Of a stretch of DNA of 64,000 bases, positions 48,507 to 57,338 are shown piece after piece; the stretch's first letter is position 1; every line of letters begins with the position of its first letter. The translations under genes were made by a program, and so were the position numbers. Origin of the DNA: Clostridium sp. (GTDB lineage Bacteria > Bacillota > Clostridia > Acetivibrionales > Acetivibrionaceae); the NCBI GenBank assembly GCA_012798835.1, contig JAAZML010000056.1, positions 1,496-65,495 on the forward strand, in the 5' to 3' direction. The notes below the pieces were generated by a model. That model did no database searches. It had not been told where the DNA came from and saw only the letters and a list, made by a program, of their open reading frames with translations.

Positions 48507-50015
48507 ATGTATTATGATAACAAAATCTTGGCTGCAAAGGGAAATAGGGAAGTCTACCTTTTGCCGGAAATGGCAAATAGGCATGGTTTAATTGCGGGGG
48601 CGACCGGTACCGGTAAAACGATTACCCTGAAGGTACTTGCAGAATCCTTTAGCGATTGCGGTGTTCCTGTTTTTCTTGCGGACATAAAGGGTGATCTTGC
48701 AGGCCTTATTGAGGAAGGTGGAAATGAGCCTAAGATTTGCGAAAGAATAAAAACGCTAGGCCTAGAAGGATTCGAACACAAATCTTACCCTGTGCGTTTT
48801 TGGGATATATTTGGGGAAGGGGGACATCCGATACGCATAACAATTTCGGATATGGGTTCCATACTGCTTTCCAGACTTTTAGACCTAAACGATATCCAAA
48901 CGGCTATAATGAATATTATATTTAGAATAGCTGACGATAGGGGTCTGCTGCTGATCGACTTGAAGGATTTAAGAGCTATGGCACAGTATGTAGGACAAAA
49001 TGCTAAAGAATTTACCCTAGAATACGGAAGTATCTCCACCCAAAGCGTAGGTGCAATCCTACGAAAACTAATTACATTAGAGGATCAGGGGGGAGATTAT
49101 TTTTTTGGTGAACCTAACCTAGATATTTTGGACTTCATCCAAACGACATCCGAGGGACGTGGTTATATCAATATTCTCCATAGTGTAAAACTATTTCAAA
49201 ACCCAGTACTTTATTCAACTTTTTTGCTTTGGATGCTATCAGAACTATTTGAAAGTCTTCCCGAAATTGATGATGTTAAAAAGCCCAAAATTGTTTTCTT
49301 TTTCGATGAGGCCCATTTATTCTTTAAAGATGCTCCGAAGGTTTTACTACAAAAGGTCGAGCAGGTAGTCCGACTGATCCGCTCTAAAGGGGTAGGGGTT
49401 TATTTTGTCACTCAAAACCCTTGCGATTTACCAGATGGGGTGCTAGGACAGTTAGGAAACAGAATTTTACATGCACTCAGGGCATATACACCCAAGAATC
49501 AAAAAATGGTGCGTGCAGCGGCCCAGACCTTTCGTGCAAATCCCGAATTCGATACCGAAAAGGCTGTTTCAGAACTTGCCATAGGGGAAGCACTGGTATC
49601 ATTTCTAGCTAAAGATGGCAGTCCTGAAATAACAGAAAGGGCATTTATTTTACCCCCCCAAAGTCGTTTAGGGACTATTAGCGAAGATGCTAGAAGAGAG
49701 GCAATTTCATCTTCCACTATATATGGGAAATACGATACCGCAGTTGATAACGAATCGGCCTATGAAATTTTGCAAACGGAAGAGAAGCAGGCAAAGGCCC
49801 GGGAAGAACAGGAGATGGCAAAGAAACAACGAAGTAGTCTTGCAAAAGCACCCCAAAAACAGGCTACCAGGGCAAAGACAACAAGGAAGCAAAGCAGTTA
49901 CAAAAAGCCGTCCTTTGTCGAGAAAACATTCAACTCGGCCGCTACTTCCATGGGAAGGGAAATAGGCAGAAGTCTTGTAAGGGGAATTTTCGGTTCCCTC
50001 AAAAAAAAGGATTAG
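48507..50015 (+). CDS. yjgR: YjgR-like DUF853 P-loop ATPase (HerA/FtsK-like fold)
   Basis: Collinear with E. coli YjgR as I remember it: '[49 protein letters not shown]', '[13 protein letters not shown]', '[32 protein letters not shown]', basic C-terminal tail. Confidence 0.88.
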   Translation: MYYDNKILAAKGNREVYLLPEMANRHGLIAGATGTGKTITLKVLAESFSDCGVPVFLADIKGDLAGLIEEGGNEPKICERIKTLGLEGFEHKSYPVRFWDIFGEGGHPIRITISDMGSILLSRLLDLNDIQTAIMNIIFRIADDRGLLLIDLKDLRAMAQYVGQNAKEFTLEYGSISTQSVGAILRKLITLEDQGGDYFFGEPNLDILDFIQTTSEGRGYINILHSVKLFQNPVLYSTFLLWMLSELFESLPEIDDVKKPKIVFFFDEAHLFFKDAPKVLLQKVEQVVRLIRSKGVGVYFVTQNPCDLPDGVLGQLGNRILHALRAYTPKNQKMVRAAAQTFRANPEFDTEKAVSELAIGEALVSFLAKDGSPEITERAFILPPQSRLGTISEDARREAISSSTIYGKYDTAVDNESAYEILQTEEKQAKAREEQEMAKKQRSSLAKAPQKQATRAKTTRKQSSYKKPSFVEKTFNSAATSMGREIGRSLVRGIFGSLKKKD

Positions 50016-50064
50016 GATGTAATAGGGGTACTGTATTTATTTTTAATTAGGTGGTGTGTAATAT

Positions 50065-50898
50065 ATGCAAGGTAGGATAAGGTACAAGTTAATAGTTTTT
50101 CTTTTTGTTTTGGTTTTTAGTGGTTTTATTTCGAAACCAAATGTTGGGGCAATTTCAGAGCACATATATATAACTGTAAAGGTAAACGACAATTGTATAA
50201 AGATGGACGAAGAGCCATATATAAAAGACGGCAGAACTTTTGTTTCCATACGTTTTGTTGCAGAGGCCCTGAATGCAAAGGTGGGGTGGGTAGATGAAAA
50301 AAAGATGGTTACAATAGACGATGGGTATAATTATATTGAAATTTTTATTAATAATAAAGAGTATAGTGTTAACGCAGTCAAGCAGGTTATTGATGTGGCA
50401 CCTGAAATTTGTAAGGGAAGAACAATGGTTCCTTTAAAATTAATCTCGGAGAGTCTTGGCTGCTCTATTGAATGGGATGGAGAAACATACACCGTTGCAG
50501 TAGAAAAGAGTGGTATAAAAGTCCCCGATACAAGTATACGCAATAGAGGGTATACTGATGAGGATTTGATATGGCTTTCAAGAATTGTTACGGTAGAAGC
50601 TAGGGGGGCATCTATTGAGGGCAAACTTGCTGTGGCTAATGTTGTATTGAATAGGGTAAAAAGCCCGGTTTTCCCCAACACTGTGTATGATGTTATTTTT
50701 CAAAGGGGTCAGTTTCCCCCCGCCCATAAAAATGGATTTAAAGAATTGCAGCCCCCAAGGGATTGTGTAATTGTGTCCAAAATGGCTTTAGAGGGCGTAA
50801 ATAATATAGGCAAATGTCTTTATTTTAATAATGCAGAGTTCCCATCAAGAAGCGGTAGCTTTTATAAAAAAATTGGGGGAGAGTATTTTTATAATTAA
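50065..50898 (+). CDS. Secreted cell wall hydrolase: copper-amine-oxidase-N-like domain plus SleB-type hydrolase_2 domain
   Basis: Signal peptide. 'DGRTFVSIRFVAEALNAKVGWVDEKKMVTI' and 'GRTMVPLKLISESLGCSIEWDGETYTV' are Cu_amine_oxidN1 repeats. 'LSRIVTVEARGASIEGKLAVANVVLNRVKSPVFPNTVYDVIFQRGQF' is SleB-like. Confidence 0.85.
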   Translation: MQGRIRYKLIVFLFVLVFSGFISKPNVGAISEHIYITVKVNDNCIKMDEEPYIKDGRTFVSIRFVAEALNAKVGWVDEKKMVTIDDGYNYIEIFINNKEYSVNAVKQVIDVAPEICKGRTMVPLKLISESLGCSIEWDGETYTVAVEKSGIKVPDTSIRNRGYTDEDLIWLSRIVTVEARGASIEGKLAVANVVLNRVKSPVFPNTVYDVIFQRGQFPPAHKNGFKELQPPRDCVIVSKMALEGVNNIGKCLYFNNAEFPSRSGSFYKKIGGEYFYN

Positions 50899-50920
50899 GT
50901 CCCTAGGGACTTAATTATAA
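50889..50920. terminator. Perfect 32-nt palindrome between convergent genes (bidirectional terminator candidate)
   Basis: 'ttataattaagtccctagggacttaattataa' overlaps the TAA stop of the hydrolase gene. Confidence 0.55.
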
Positions 50921-50945
50921 AAACCTCAAAAGCTGTTAAAGCAAA

Positions 50946-53042
50946 TCAAAACTTTTTTCGTTTTATGAGCCTCATAGAATTTACAACAGCAAGCAAGGTA
51001 ACACCAACATCTGCAAAAACTGCTTCCCACATGGTGGCAATTCCGCCGGCGCCGAGTAATAGCACCATTATTTTTACGCCGAAGGCCCAAATAATGTTTT
51101 GACGAATTATTCTTTTGGTTGCCCGCGAAATTTTTATTGCATCAATGAGCTTTGAAGGTTCATCGGTCATTAATACGATATCTGCGGCCTCCATAGCCGC
51201 ATCGGATCCCAAACCACCCATAGATATACCGATATCGGCCATTGATAACACAGGGGCATCATTTATCCCATCGCCGACAAAAGCCATTTTATTTTTCTGT
51301 TTTTCAGAGGCAGCAATTTCCTCGATTTTTTCCACCTTCTGGTGGGGAAGAAGCTCTGCGTAAATATGATCGAATTGCAATTGACTTCCAACCCTTAAAG
51401 CTTCTTCTTTATTGTCTCCCGTTAACATAACTAGATTTTTAATCCCGATTCTTTTAAGACCCGATAGGGTTTTTTTTGCGTCATCTTTTATTTGATCTGA
51501 TATAACAATATTACCCGCATAGTCTTTATCAATAGCAATATATACTGCTGTTCCTGGCATATTTACTTTCGGGATTTCAATGTCTGATTCTTGAAGCAAT
51601 AATTTATTACCGGCAAGTATCTCCTCGTTCCCGTATCTAAGTTTAATCCCTCTTCCCGCTAGTTCCTTAAAATTCTCAATTTTGTTAACGTCTATTTCTT
51701 TGCCATAGGCTTTAGTTATCGAAATAGCTATAGGATGGTTTGAAAGGCTTTCGGCTATCGCAGCATATTTTAGCAAACTACCCTCGGAAAAACCATCAGT
51801 TGGATTTAATTTCGAAACTTTAAAAATACCTTTTGTAATAGTGCCGGTTTTATCGAAGACCACAGTATTTATATCGCTTAAAGCCTCTAAATAATTACTT
51901 CCCTTTAAAAGAATACCATATTTTGAGGCGGCCCCGATCCCACCAAAATAGCCAAGGGGTATTGAAATCACAAGGGCACATGGGCACGAGATTACAAGGA
52001 ATACAAGTGATCTATAAAACCATTTGGAAAAGGTTTCGCCCGGAATAATAAATGGGGGCATAAAGGCTAGCAACACCGAAATAGATATTACAAGGGGTGT
52101 ATAAAGCTTTGAAAACTTTGTAATAAAGTTCTCGGTTTCAGTTTTTTTATTGCTCGCATTTTGGACTAAATCAAGTATTTTGGAGACGGTAGATTCTGTA
52201 TATTTTTTTGTTACCTCAATATACAAAAGACCTCCCCTGTTAATTGAACCTGATAAAACATCATTTTTCACCCCCACATCTTTTGGAGCAAACTCGCCGG
52301 TTAGCATAGACATATCCACTGTAGAATCTCCAAAGATTATTTTTCCATCTAAGGGTATTTTCTCGCCGGGCTTTACTACAATAACATCACCGACGTTAAC
52401 TTGTTCAGGAGATACTTTTTTAATTCCCTCTCCTATTTTGATATTGGCATAATCGGGTTTTATGTTCATAAGATCGGCAATGGAGTTCCTTGAGCGGTTT
52501 ACCGCAGCGTTTTCCAAAAACTTACCTATCCTATAAAAAATCATAACTGCTGCACCCTCTGGAAATTCACCAATAAAAAAGGCACCGACCGTGGCTACGG
52601 TCATTAAAAAGTTTTCATCCCAAAGTTGTCCTAGGGATATATTACGGGCAGCCCGTATTAGTACATTTTTACCTGCAAGCAGATAACTTACAAAAAACAA
52701 CAAAAACTTTGTCCAGTATGGAAATGTAGGCACAAACGCAATAGAAAACAGAAGTATAGAAATACATGTACTCATTAGATCATTCTTATCAATAATATGT
52801 TTGTATTCTCCCTTGTCTTCGCCATGCTCAAGAATTACACCCATGTTTTCGGCGATGGAAGAAATAGAGGATATTACATCCCCTTTTTCTAAGTTTTCAT
52901 TGCTTAGCTCAAATGCAAGTTTTTTGGTCACGAAGTTTATGGATACACTTTTTATCCCATTGATTTTTTTGATTTTTTCTTCTATTTTATTAGCACAGTC
53001 TTTACAATCAAGATTTTGAAGTATCATTTCATATTTTTTCAT
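50946..53042 (-). CDS. cadA: Heavy-metal (Cd/Zn/Co-type) translocating P1B-type ATPase
   Basis: N-terminal HMA 'LDCKDCANKIE', TM 'CPC' motif 'SCPCALVISIP', phosphorylation site 'FDKTGTITKG', 'MLTGDN', 'GDGINDAP'. Confidence 0.92.
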   Translation of the reverse strand: MKKYEMILQNLDCKDCANKIEEKIKKINGIKSVSINFVTKKLAFELSNENLEKGDVISSISSIAENMGVILEHGEDKGEYKHIIDKNDLMSTCISILLFSIAFVPTFPYWTKFLLFFVSYLLAGKNVLIRAARNISLGQLWDENFLMTVATVGAFFIGEFPEGAAVMIFYRIGKFLENAAVNRSRNSIADLMNIKPDYANIKIGEGIKKVSPEQVNVGDVIVVKPGEKIPLDGKIIFGDSTVDMSMLTGEFAPKDVGVKNDVLSGSINRGGLLYIEVTKKYTESTVSKILDLVQNASNKKTETENFITKFSKLYTPLVISISVLLAFMPPFIIPGETFSKWFYRSLVFLVISCPCALVISIPLGYFGGIGAASKYGILLKGSNYLEALSDINTVVFDKTGTITKGIFKVSKLNPTDGFSEGSLLKYAAIAESLSNHPIAISITKAYGKEIDVNKIENFKELAGRGIKLRYGNEEILAGNKLLLQESDIEIPKVNMPGTAVYIAIDKDYAGNIVISDQIKDDAKKTLSGLKRIGIKNLVMLTGDNKEEALRVGSQLQFDHIYAELLPHQKVEKIEEIAASEKQKNKMAFVGDGINDAPVLSMADIGISMGGLGSDAAMEAADIVLMTDEPSKLIDAIKISRATKRIIRQNIIWAFGVKIMVLLLGAGGIATMWEAVFADVGVTLLAVVNSMRLIKRKKF

Positions 53043-53064
53043 TTTGATCCCTGCCCTCCTGGGT

Positions 53065-53430
53065 CTACTTTTCCGTTATATGGACAAGCCCCTGATCGAT
53101 TATTTGTTTTATATGTTGATCATTAAGAAAATAGTACACAATCCTTCCTGCCCTCTTGCATCTTACAAGCCGTGCCTGTTTTAGTACTCTCAACTGGTGT
53201 GAAACAGCAGATTGTGTCATGTTTATCAAGGAGGCAATATCACGAACGCACATTTTTGATGAGAATAATGCATATAGTATTTTTATCCGTGTTGTATCGC
53301 CAAAAACCTTGAAAAAGTCCGCAAGATCGTAAAGGAGCTCTTCTTTTGGCATATTTGTCCGCACCTTATCCACTATATCTTTATGGATTATATTGCAATC
53401 ATGTTCAGCAAAAACGTTTTTTTTACTCAT
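53065..53430 (-). CDS. ArsR/SmtB family metal-responsive repressor (CadC-like)
   Basis: wHTH 'FKVFGDTTRIKILYAL....MCVRDIASLINMTQSAVSHQLRVLKQARLV..KR.GRIVYY'. It sits immediately upstream of, and is co-oriented with, the P-type ATPase. Confidence 0.9.
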   Translation of the reverse strand: MSKKNVFAEHDCNIIHKDIVDKVRTNMPKEELLYDLADFFKVFGDTTRIKILYALFSSKMCVRDIASLINMTQSAVSHQLRVLKQARLVRCKRAGRIVYYFLNDQHIKQIIDQGLVHITEK

Positions 53431-53495
53431 AATTCGTTTTCCCCCTTAAAATTGTACTATCGGTTTAATCAAAATGGCTGAGCACCGACATTCCG

Positions 53496-53527
53496 ATATA
53501 TGAATACATGAACATATATTCATATAT
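53496..53527. promoter_or_regulatory. Candidate ArsR/SmtB operator (inverted repeat) in the cadC promoter region
   Basis: 'atatatgaata-catgaacata-tattcatatat': 11-bp perfect arms with an embedded TGAACA..TATTCA core, 66-97 nt upstream of the repressor start. Confidence 0.5.
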
Positions 53528-53738
53528 CTATATAATATTATATAGATATTTTGCTTGATTTGTCAACACTTTATGTAAAAAAGTATTTTGGCATTTAAAA
53601 ATATACTACACAGAACTAATATAATTTTATTATTATAAAGCTTTACTATTAATTTTAATTTTACCCCCCTCAAATAAAACATTACCTACGTATTTAAAAT
53701 CAAAGGCTATAAAAATTTTTTAGGGAGGAATGTGAGGT

Positions 53739-56111
53739 ATGAAGAAAGGTATAATTTTTTTGGTGGTTTCAAGTATTCTAATCAGTTTGTTGGCAAGCTT
53801 CAGTTTTGTGGCTGGTCAAAATTCTATTAAGTACGGGGACTTAAATGGTGACGGAAGTATTAACGCTATGGATTTGACTCTTATGAAAAGGTACATAATG
53901 GGGCAAATAGACAAATTCCCAGTAGAAGATATGCAGGGAGGAGATCCGGGGAATTTCGATGAGGTTTACCAGGCGGAAGATGCTACCCTTAGTAACGCTT
54001 TTACCGAAACCGTTAATGAGGGTTATTCAGGTGCAAGTTATGTTAATTATGAAGATGTTGTCGGCGGTTATATTGAGTGGAATGTTAATGTACCCGATAC
54101 GGGTGCATACAGGCTTACTTTTAGGTACGCCAATGGCACAAACAACAATAGACCCATTGAAGTGAGTGTTAATTCGAATGTTATAATAGGAAATTTGGAT
54201 TTTAACTCGACTTCAGCCTGGACTTCTTGGCAAGACCAAAGCATTTTGGCAAACCTAAATAAAGGGAATAATAGGATCAGAGCTACGGCGGTCGGGGTTG
54301 ATGGCCCAAATATGGACTATCTAAAGGTAACAAAAACCGATGAAAGACCTACGCCAGTTCCAACCTTCAACCCAACTCCAGTCCCAACAAGTACCTCAGC
54401 TCCGGGACCGGGGGCAAGACAGATGGAGAGACTTGATAGGGGCTTGGTTGCAGTAAAGGTAAGCAATGGGGTATATTTAAGCTGGCGTATGTTTGGCACA
54501 GATCCCAGCAATGTTGCATTTAATCTATACCGCAATGGAAGCAAGGTTAACTCCTCACCGATAACCGATTCGACAAATTTTGTAGATTCTTCCGGGAGCA
54601 CGGGATCTAAGTACACCGTACGCGCCGTTGTAAACGGGCAGGAGCAGGAACAATCAAAAGAGGTATCGGTATGGGATCGCAATTATCTGCAAATACCCAT
54701 TCAGCCTCCTACTAGCTCCCATACGGCTAATGATTGTAGTGTCGGGGATTTGGATGGGGATGGACAATATGAAATTATATTAAAATGGGAGCCTACAAAT
54801 GCAAAGGATAATGCCCACTCGGGTGTTACAGATAATGTATACCTAGATGCTTATAAGCTGGACGGTACACGTCTCTGGAGAATAAATCTTGGCAGGAATA
54901 TCCGAGCAGGTGCCCATTATACGCAATTTATGGTATATGATCTCGATGGTGATGGCAAGGCCGAAGTTGCATGTAAGACAGCTGATGGTACGGTAGACGG
55001 CAGGGGAACTGTTATAGGAAATGCGAATGCGGATTATCGTAACTCAAGCGGTTATGTGTTGTCAGGACCTGAATATCTTACAGTATTCAATGGACAAACA
55101 GGTGCGGCGATGTCTACGGTAGACTACGATCCGCCAAGGGGAAATGTTTCTTCATGGGGAGACAACTATGGAAATAGGGTAGACCGTTTCTTGGCATGTA
55201 TTGCCTATCTTGATGGACAACGTCCAAGCTTGGTAATGTGCCGCGGATATTATACAAGAAGCGTACTGGCTGCGTGGGATTTTAGAAATGGGAAACTCAC
55301 AAAAAGATGGGTGTTCGATGGAAACAACTACAGCGGCTATAAAGGGCAAGGTAATCATAACCTAAGTGTTGCAGATGTTGACGGGGATGGTAAAGATGAA
55401 ATTATTTACGGTGCATGCACTATAGATGATAATGGAAAAGGTCTTTACACCTCAAAATTAGGTCATGGGGATGCTATGCATGTGGGGGATTTGGATCCTA
55501 ACAGACCGGGACTTGAAATATGGAGTTGTTTTGAAAGTACGGGTGGTGCGGCATTGCGCGATGCTCGTACCGGAGAAATAATATTTAGATGGAACCGCAC
55601 AGGGGATACCGGAAGAGCATGTAGTGCAGATTTGATAGCCTCATCGCCAGGGGAGGAAATGTGGGCTTCTGGTTCACCGCTATTTAGTGCTACGGGCAAG
55701 GAATTGGGTTCGGCCCCCAAACAGTGCAATTTCGCCATATGGTGGGATGGGGATGAGCTCAGGGAGTTGCTTGACGGTACTACCATAACAAAATATGGTG
55801 GAGGGACGCTTCTAAGTGCTAGTGGTTGTGCTTCTAATAATGGGACCAAATCAACCCCATGCCTGCAGGCTGATATTCTTGGGGATTGGAGAGAGGAAGT
55901 AATTTGGAGAACGTCCGATAACAAATACTTGAGAATTTATACAACAACCGACGTAACAAAGAGAAGAATTTATACGCTAATGCATGATCCGGTTTACCGG
56001 TTGGGAATTGCTTGGCAAAATGTTGCATATAACCAGCCGCCACACACTAGTTTCTTCTTAGGTCATGGTATGAAGGAGCCACCAAAGCCCAATATTTACC
56101 TTGTACCTTAA
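53739..56111 (+). CDS. Secreted rhamnogalacturonan endolyase (PL11, YesW-like) with an N-terminal single dockerin-like repeat and a CBM35/6-like module
   Basis: Signal peptide. 'YGDLNGDGSINAMDLTLMKRYIMG' is a type I dockerin Ca-binding repeat. 'YQAEDATL...GYSGASYVNY...YIEWNVNVPDTGAYRLTFRYANG...MDYLKV' is CBM35/6-like. A Pro/Thr linker follows. 'RQMERLDRGLVAV...DLDGDGQYEIILKW...VYDLDGDGKAEV...ADVDGDGKDEII' is the YesW/YesX beta-propeller. Confidence 0.88.
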   Translation: MKKGIIFLVVSSILISLLASFSFVAGQNSIKYGDLNGDGSINAMDLTLMKRYIMGQIDKFPVEDMQGGDPGNFDEVYQAEDATLSNAFTETVNEGYSGASYVNYEDVVGGYIEWNVNVPDTGAYRLTFRYANGTNNNRPIEVSVNSNVIIGNLDFNSTSAWTSWQDQSILANLNKGNNRIRATAVGVDGPNMDYLKVTKTDERPTPVPTFNPTPVPTSTSAPGPGARQMERLDRGLVAVKVSNGVYLSWRMFGTDPSNVAFNLYRNGSKVNSSPITDSTNFVDSSGSTGSKYTVRAVVNGQEQEQSKEVSVWDRNYLQIPIQPPTSSHTANDCSVGDLDGDGQYEIILKWEPTNAKDNAHSGVTDNVYLDAYKLDGTRLWRINLGRNIRAGAHYTQFMVYDLDGDGKAEVACKTADGTVDGRGTVIGNANADYRNSSGYVLSGPEYLTVFNGQTGAAMSTVDYDPPRGNVSSWGDNYGNRVDRFLACIAYLDGQRPSLVMCRGYYTRSVLAAWDFRNGKLTKRWVFDGNNYSGYKGQGNHNLSVADVDGDGKDEIIYGACTIDDNGKGLYTSKLGHGDAMHVGDLDPNRPGLEIWSCFESTGGAALRDARTGEIIFRWNRTGDTGRACSADLIASSPGEEMWASGSPLFSATGKELGSAPKQCNFAIWWDGDELRELLDGTTITKYGGGTLLSASGCASNNGTKSTPCLQADILGDWREEVIWRTSDNKYLRIYTTTDVTKRRIYTLMHDPVYRLGIAWQNVAYNQPPHTSFFLGHGMKEPPKPNIYLVP

Positions 56112-56180
56112 TCAACTTAGAGGTAGCAGCATATTAAATATGCTATAAATACCAACTTAAATAATGTAATTGTCAAAGTA

Positions 56181-56217
56181 CATATGGGAAGCCCTAGGGC
56201 TTCCCATATGTGCTTTT
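56181..56217 (+). terminator. Intrinsic terminator after the lyase gene
   Basis: The perfect 30-nt palindrome 'catatgggaagccctagggcttcccatatg' is followed by 'tgctttt'. Confidence 0.7.
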
Positions 56218-56290
56218 AGGGGAGGTTATTTTGCAAACGAAAATATGTTATTATATATTTATAAATACTCCGCAGGATGGGGATGATTTT

Positions 56291-57010
56291 GTGAATAAAG
56301 ATATAAAAATGCTAGAAGAAAGTCTATACACACCCGTAAAGGATTACTTTTCCAGGTGGGGGTATAAGGTAAAAGGTGAGGTGCATGATTGTGATGTTTC
56401 TGCGCTTAAGGGGGAGACTTTTCTAGTGGTTGAAATGAAAAAAACATTAAACCTTGAGGTCATTTTACAGGCAACCCTAAGGCAAAAGATTGCGGATGTT
56501 GTCTATATAGCTGTGCCTAAAAATGAAAGAATTCTTTTTACAAAACGCTGGAAAAATATCTGCCATCTTCTAGAGCGCCTTGAAATAGGATTGCTGCTTG
56601 TTTCTTTTAGGGGGGATATGTCTATTGTCGAGGAAGTTTTAAAGGCCGAACCCTTTAATCCCAAAAAAGATATGGCAGCATCAAACCGTAAAAGGGTTTC
56701 TGCTTTAAGGGAGTTCTCTCAAAGACGGGGTGATTACAATACCGGGGGAAGTACTAAGAAGAAGCTAGTTACAGCATACAGGGAAAAAGCTTTACATATT
56801 GCGGCTCTAATCAAAATAGCTGGTCCTTTGGGTATAAAACAGCTGAAAAAAATGGGGACAGATAGGGAAAAGACCCCAAGAATCTTACAAGACAACCATT
56901 ATGGGTGGTTTGAAAGGATATCAAGGGGGGTTTACAATTTAAGTGATAGGGGTAAGATTGAAATTGAGGACTATAAAGAGCATTTAAAGTATTATGCAAG
57001 CAAAATGTGA
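56291..57010 (+). CDS. DUF2161-like protein: PD-(D/E)XK nuclease-fold N-domain plus C-terminal winged-helix-like domain
   Basis: 'LYTPVKDYFSRWGYKVKGEVHDCDVSALKGETFLVVEMKKTLNLEVILQA..R....D.VYIAVP' follows the DUF2161 pattern as I remember it (D...E-x-K). C-terminal 'YGWFERISRGVYNLSDRG'. The start is either GTG 56291 or ATG 56309; the ORF track opens at 56210. Confidence 0.65.
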   Translation: MNKDIKMLEESLYTPVKDYFSRWGYKVKGEVHDCDVSALKGETFLVVEMKKTLNLEVILQATLRQKIADVVYIAVPKNERILFTKRWKNICHLLERLEIGLLLVSFRGDMSIVEEVLKAEPFNPKKDMAASNRKRVSALREFSQRRGDYNTGGSTKKKLVTAYREKALHIAALIKIAGPLGIKQLKKMGTDREKTPRILQDNHYGWFERISRGVYNLSDRGKIEIEDYKEHLKYYASKM

Positions 57011-57338
57011 GCCGAAAACTTAGTTATGTAAAGGCACGAAATTGGATTGGTGACATAATATATATTATAAAGTGTGCCGGCCAAAACATGGATACTTTGC
57101 ACTTTAATATTATTTTATATGTTCTTAACCCCAAAGAATACCTGGATTTGGCGTCTCCACCGTTTTATTCTAGCCGGTATCCGGGTATAGGAATAAATAC
57201 GTAAAAGGTCTGTACAGGTTTTATGCAAGAAAACAAAAAACCACACGATATAATTGTTGTAATATGAATAGAATATGGTATACTAAAAAATGAGTTTTTT
57301 TTTAAATAGAAATTTAGTTGTTTGAGGAGAGAAGTAAT

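Noticed and set aside
57007-57204. 65-aa ORF after the DUF2161-like gene
   Set aside because: It has a GTG start overlapping the upstream stop, no RBS, and an implausible aromatic/Ile-rich sequence. It is likely non-coding.
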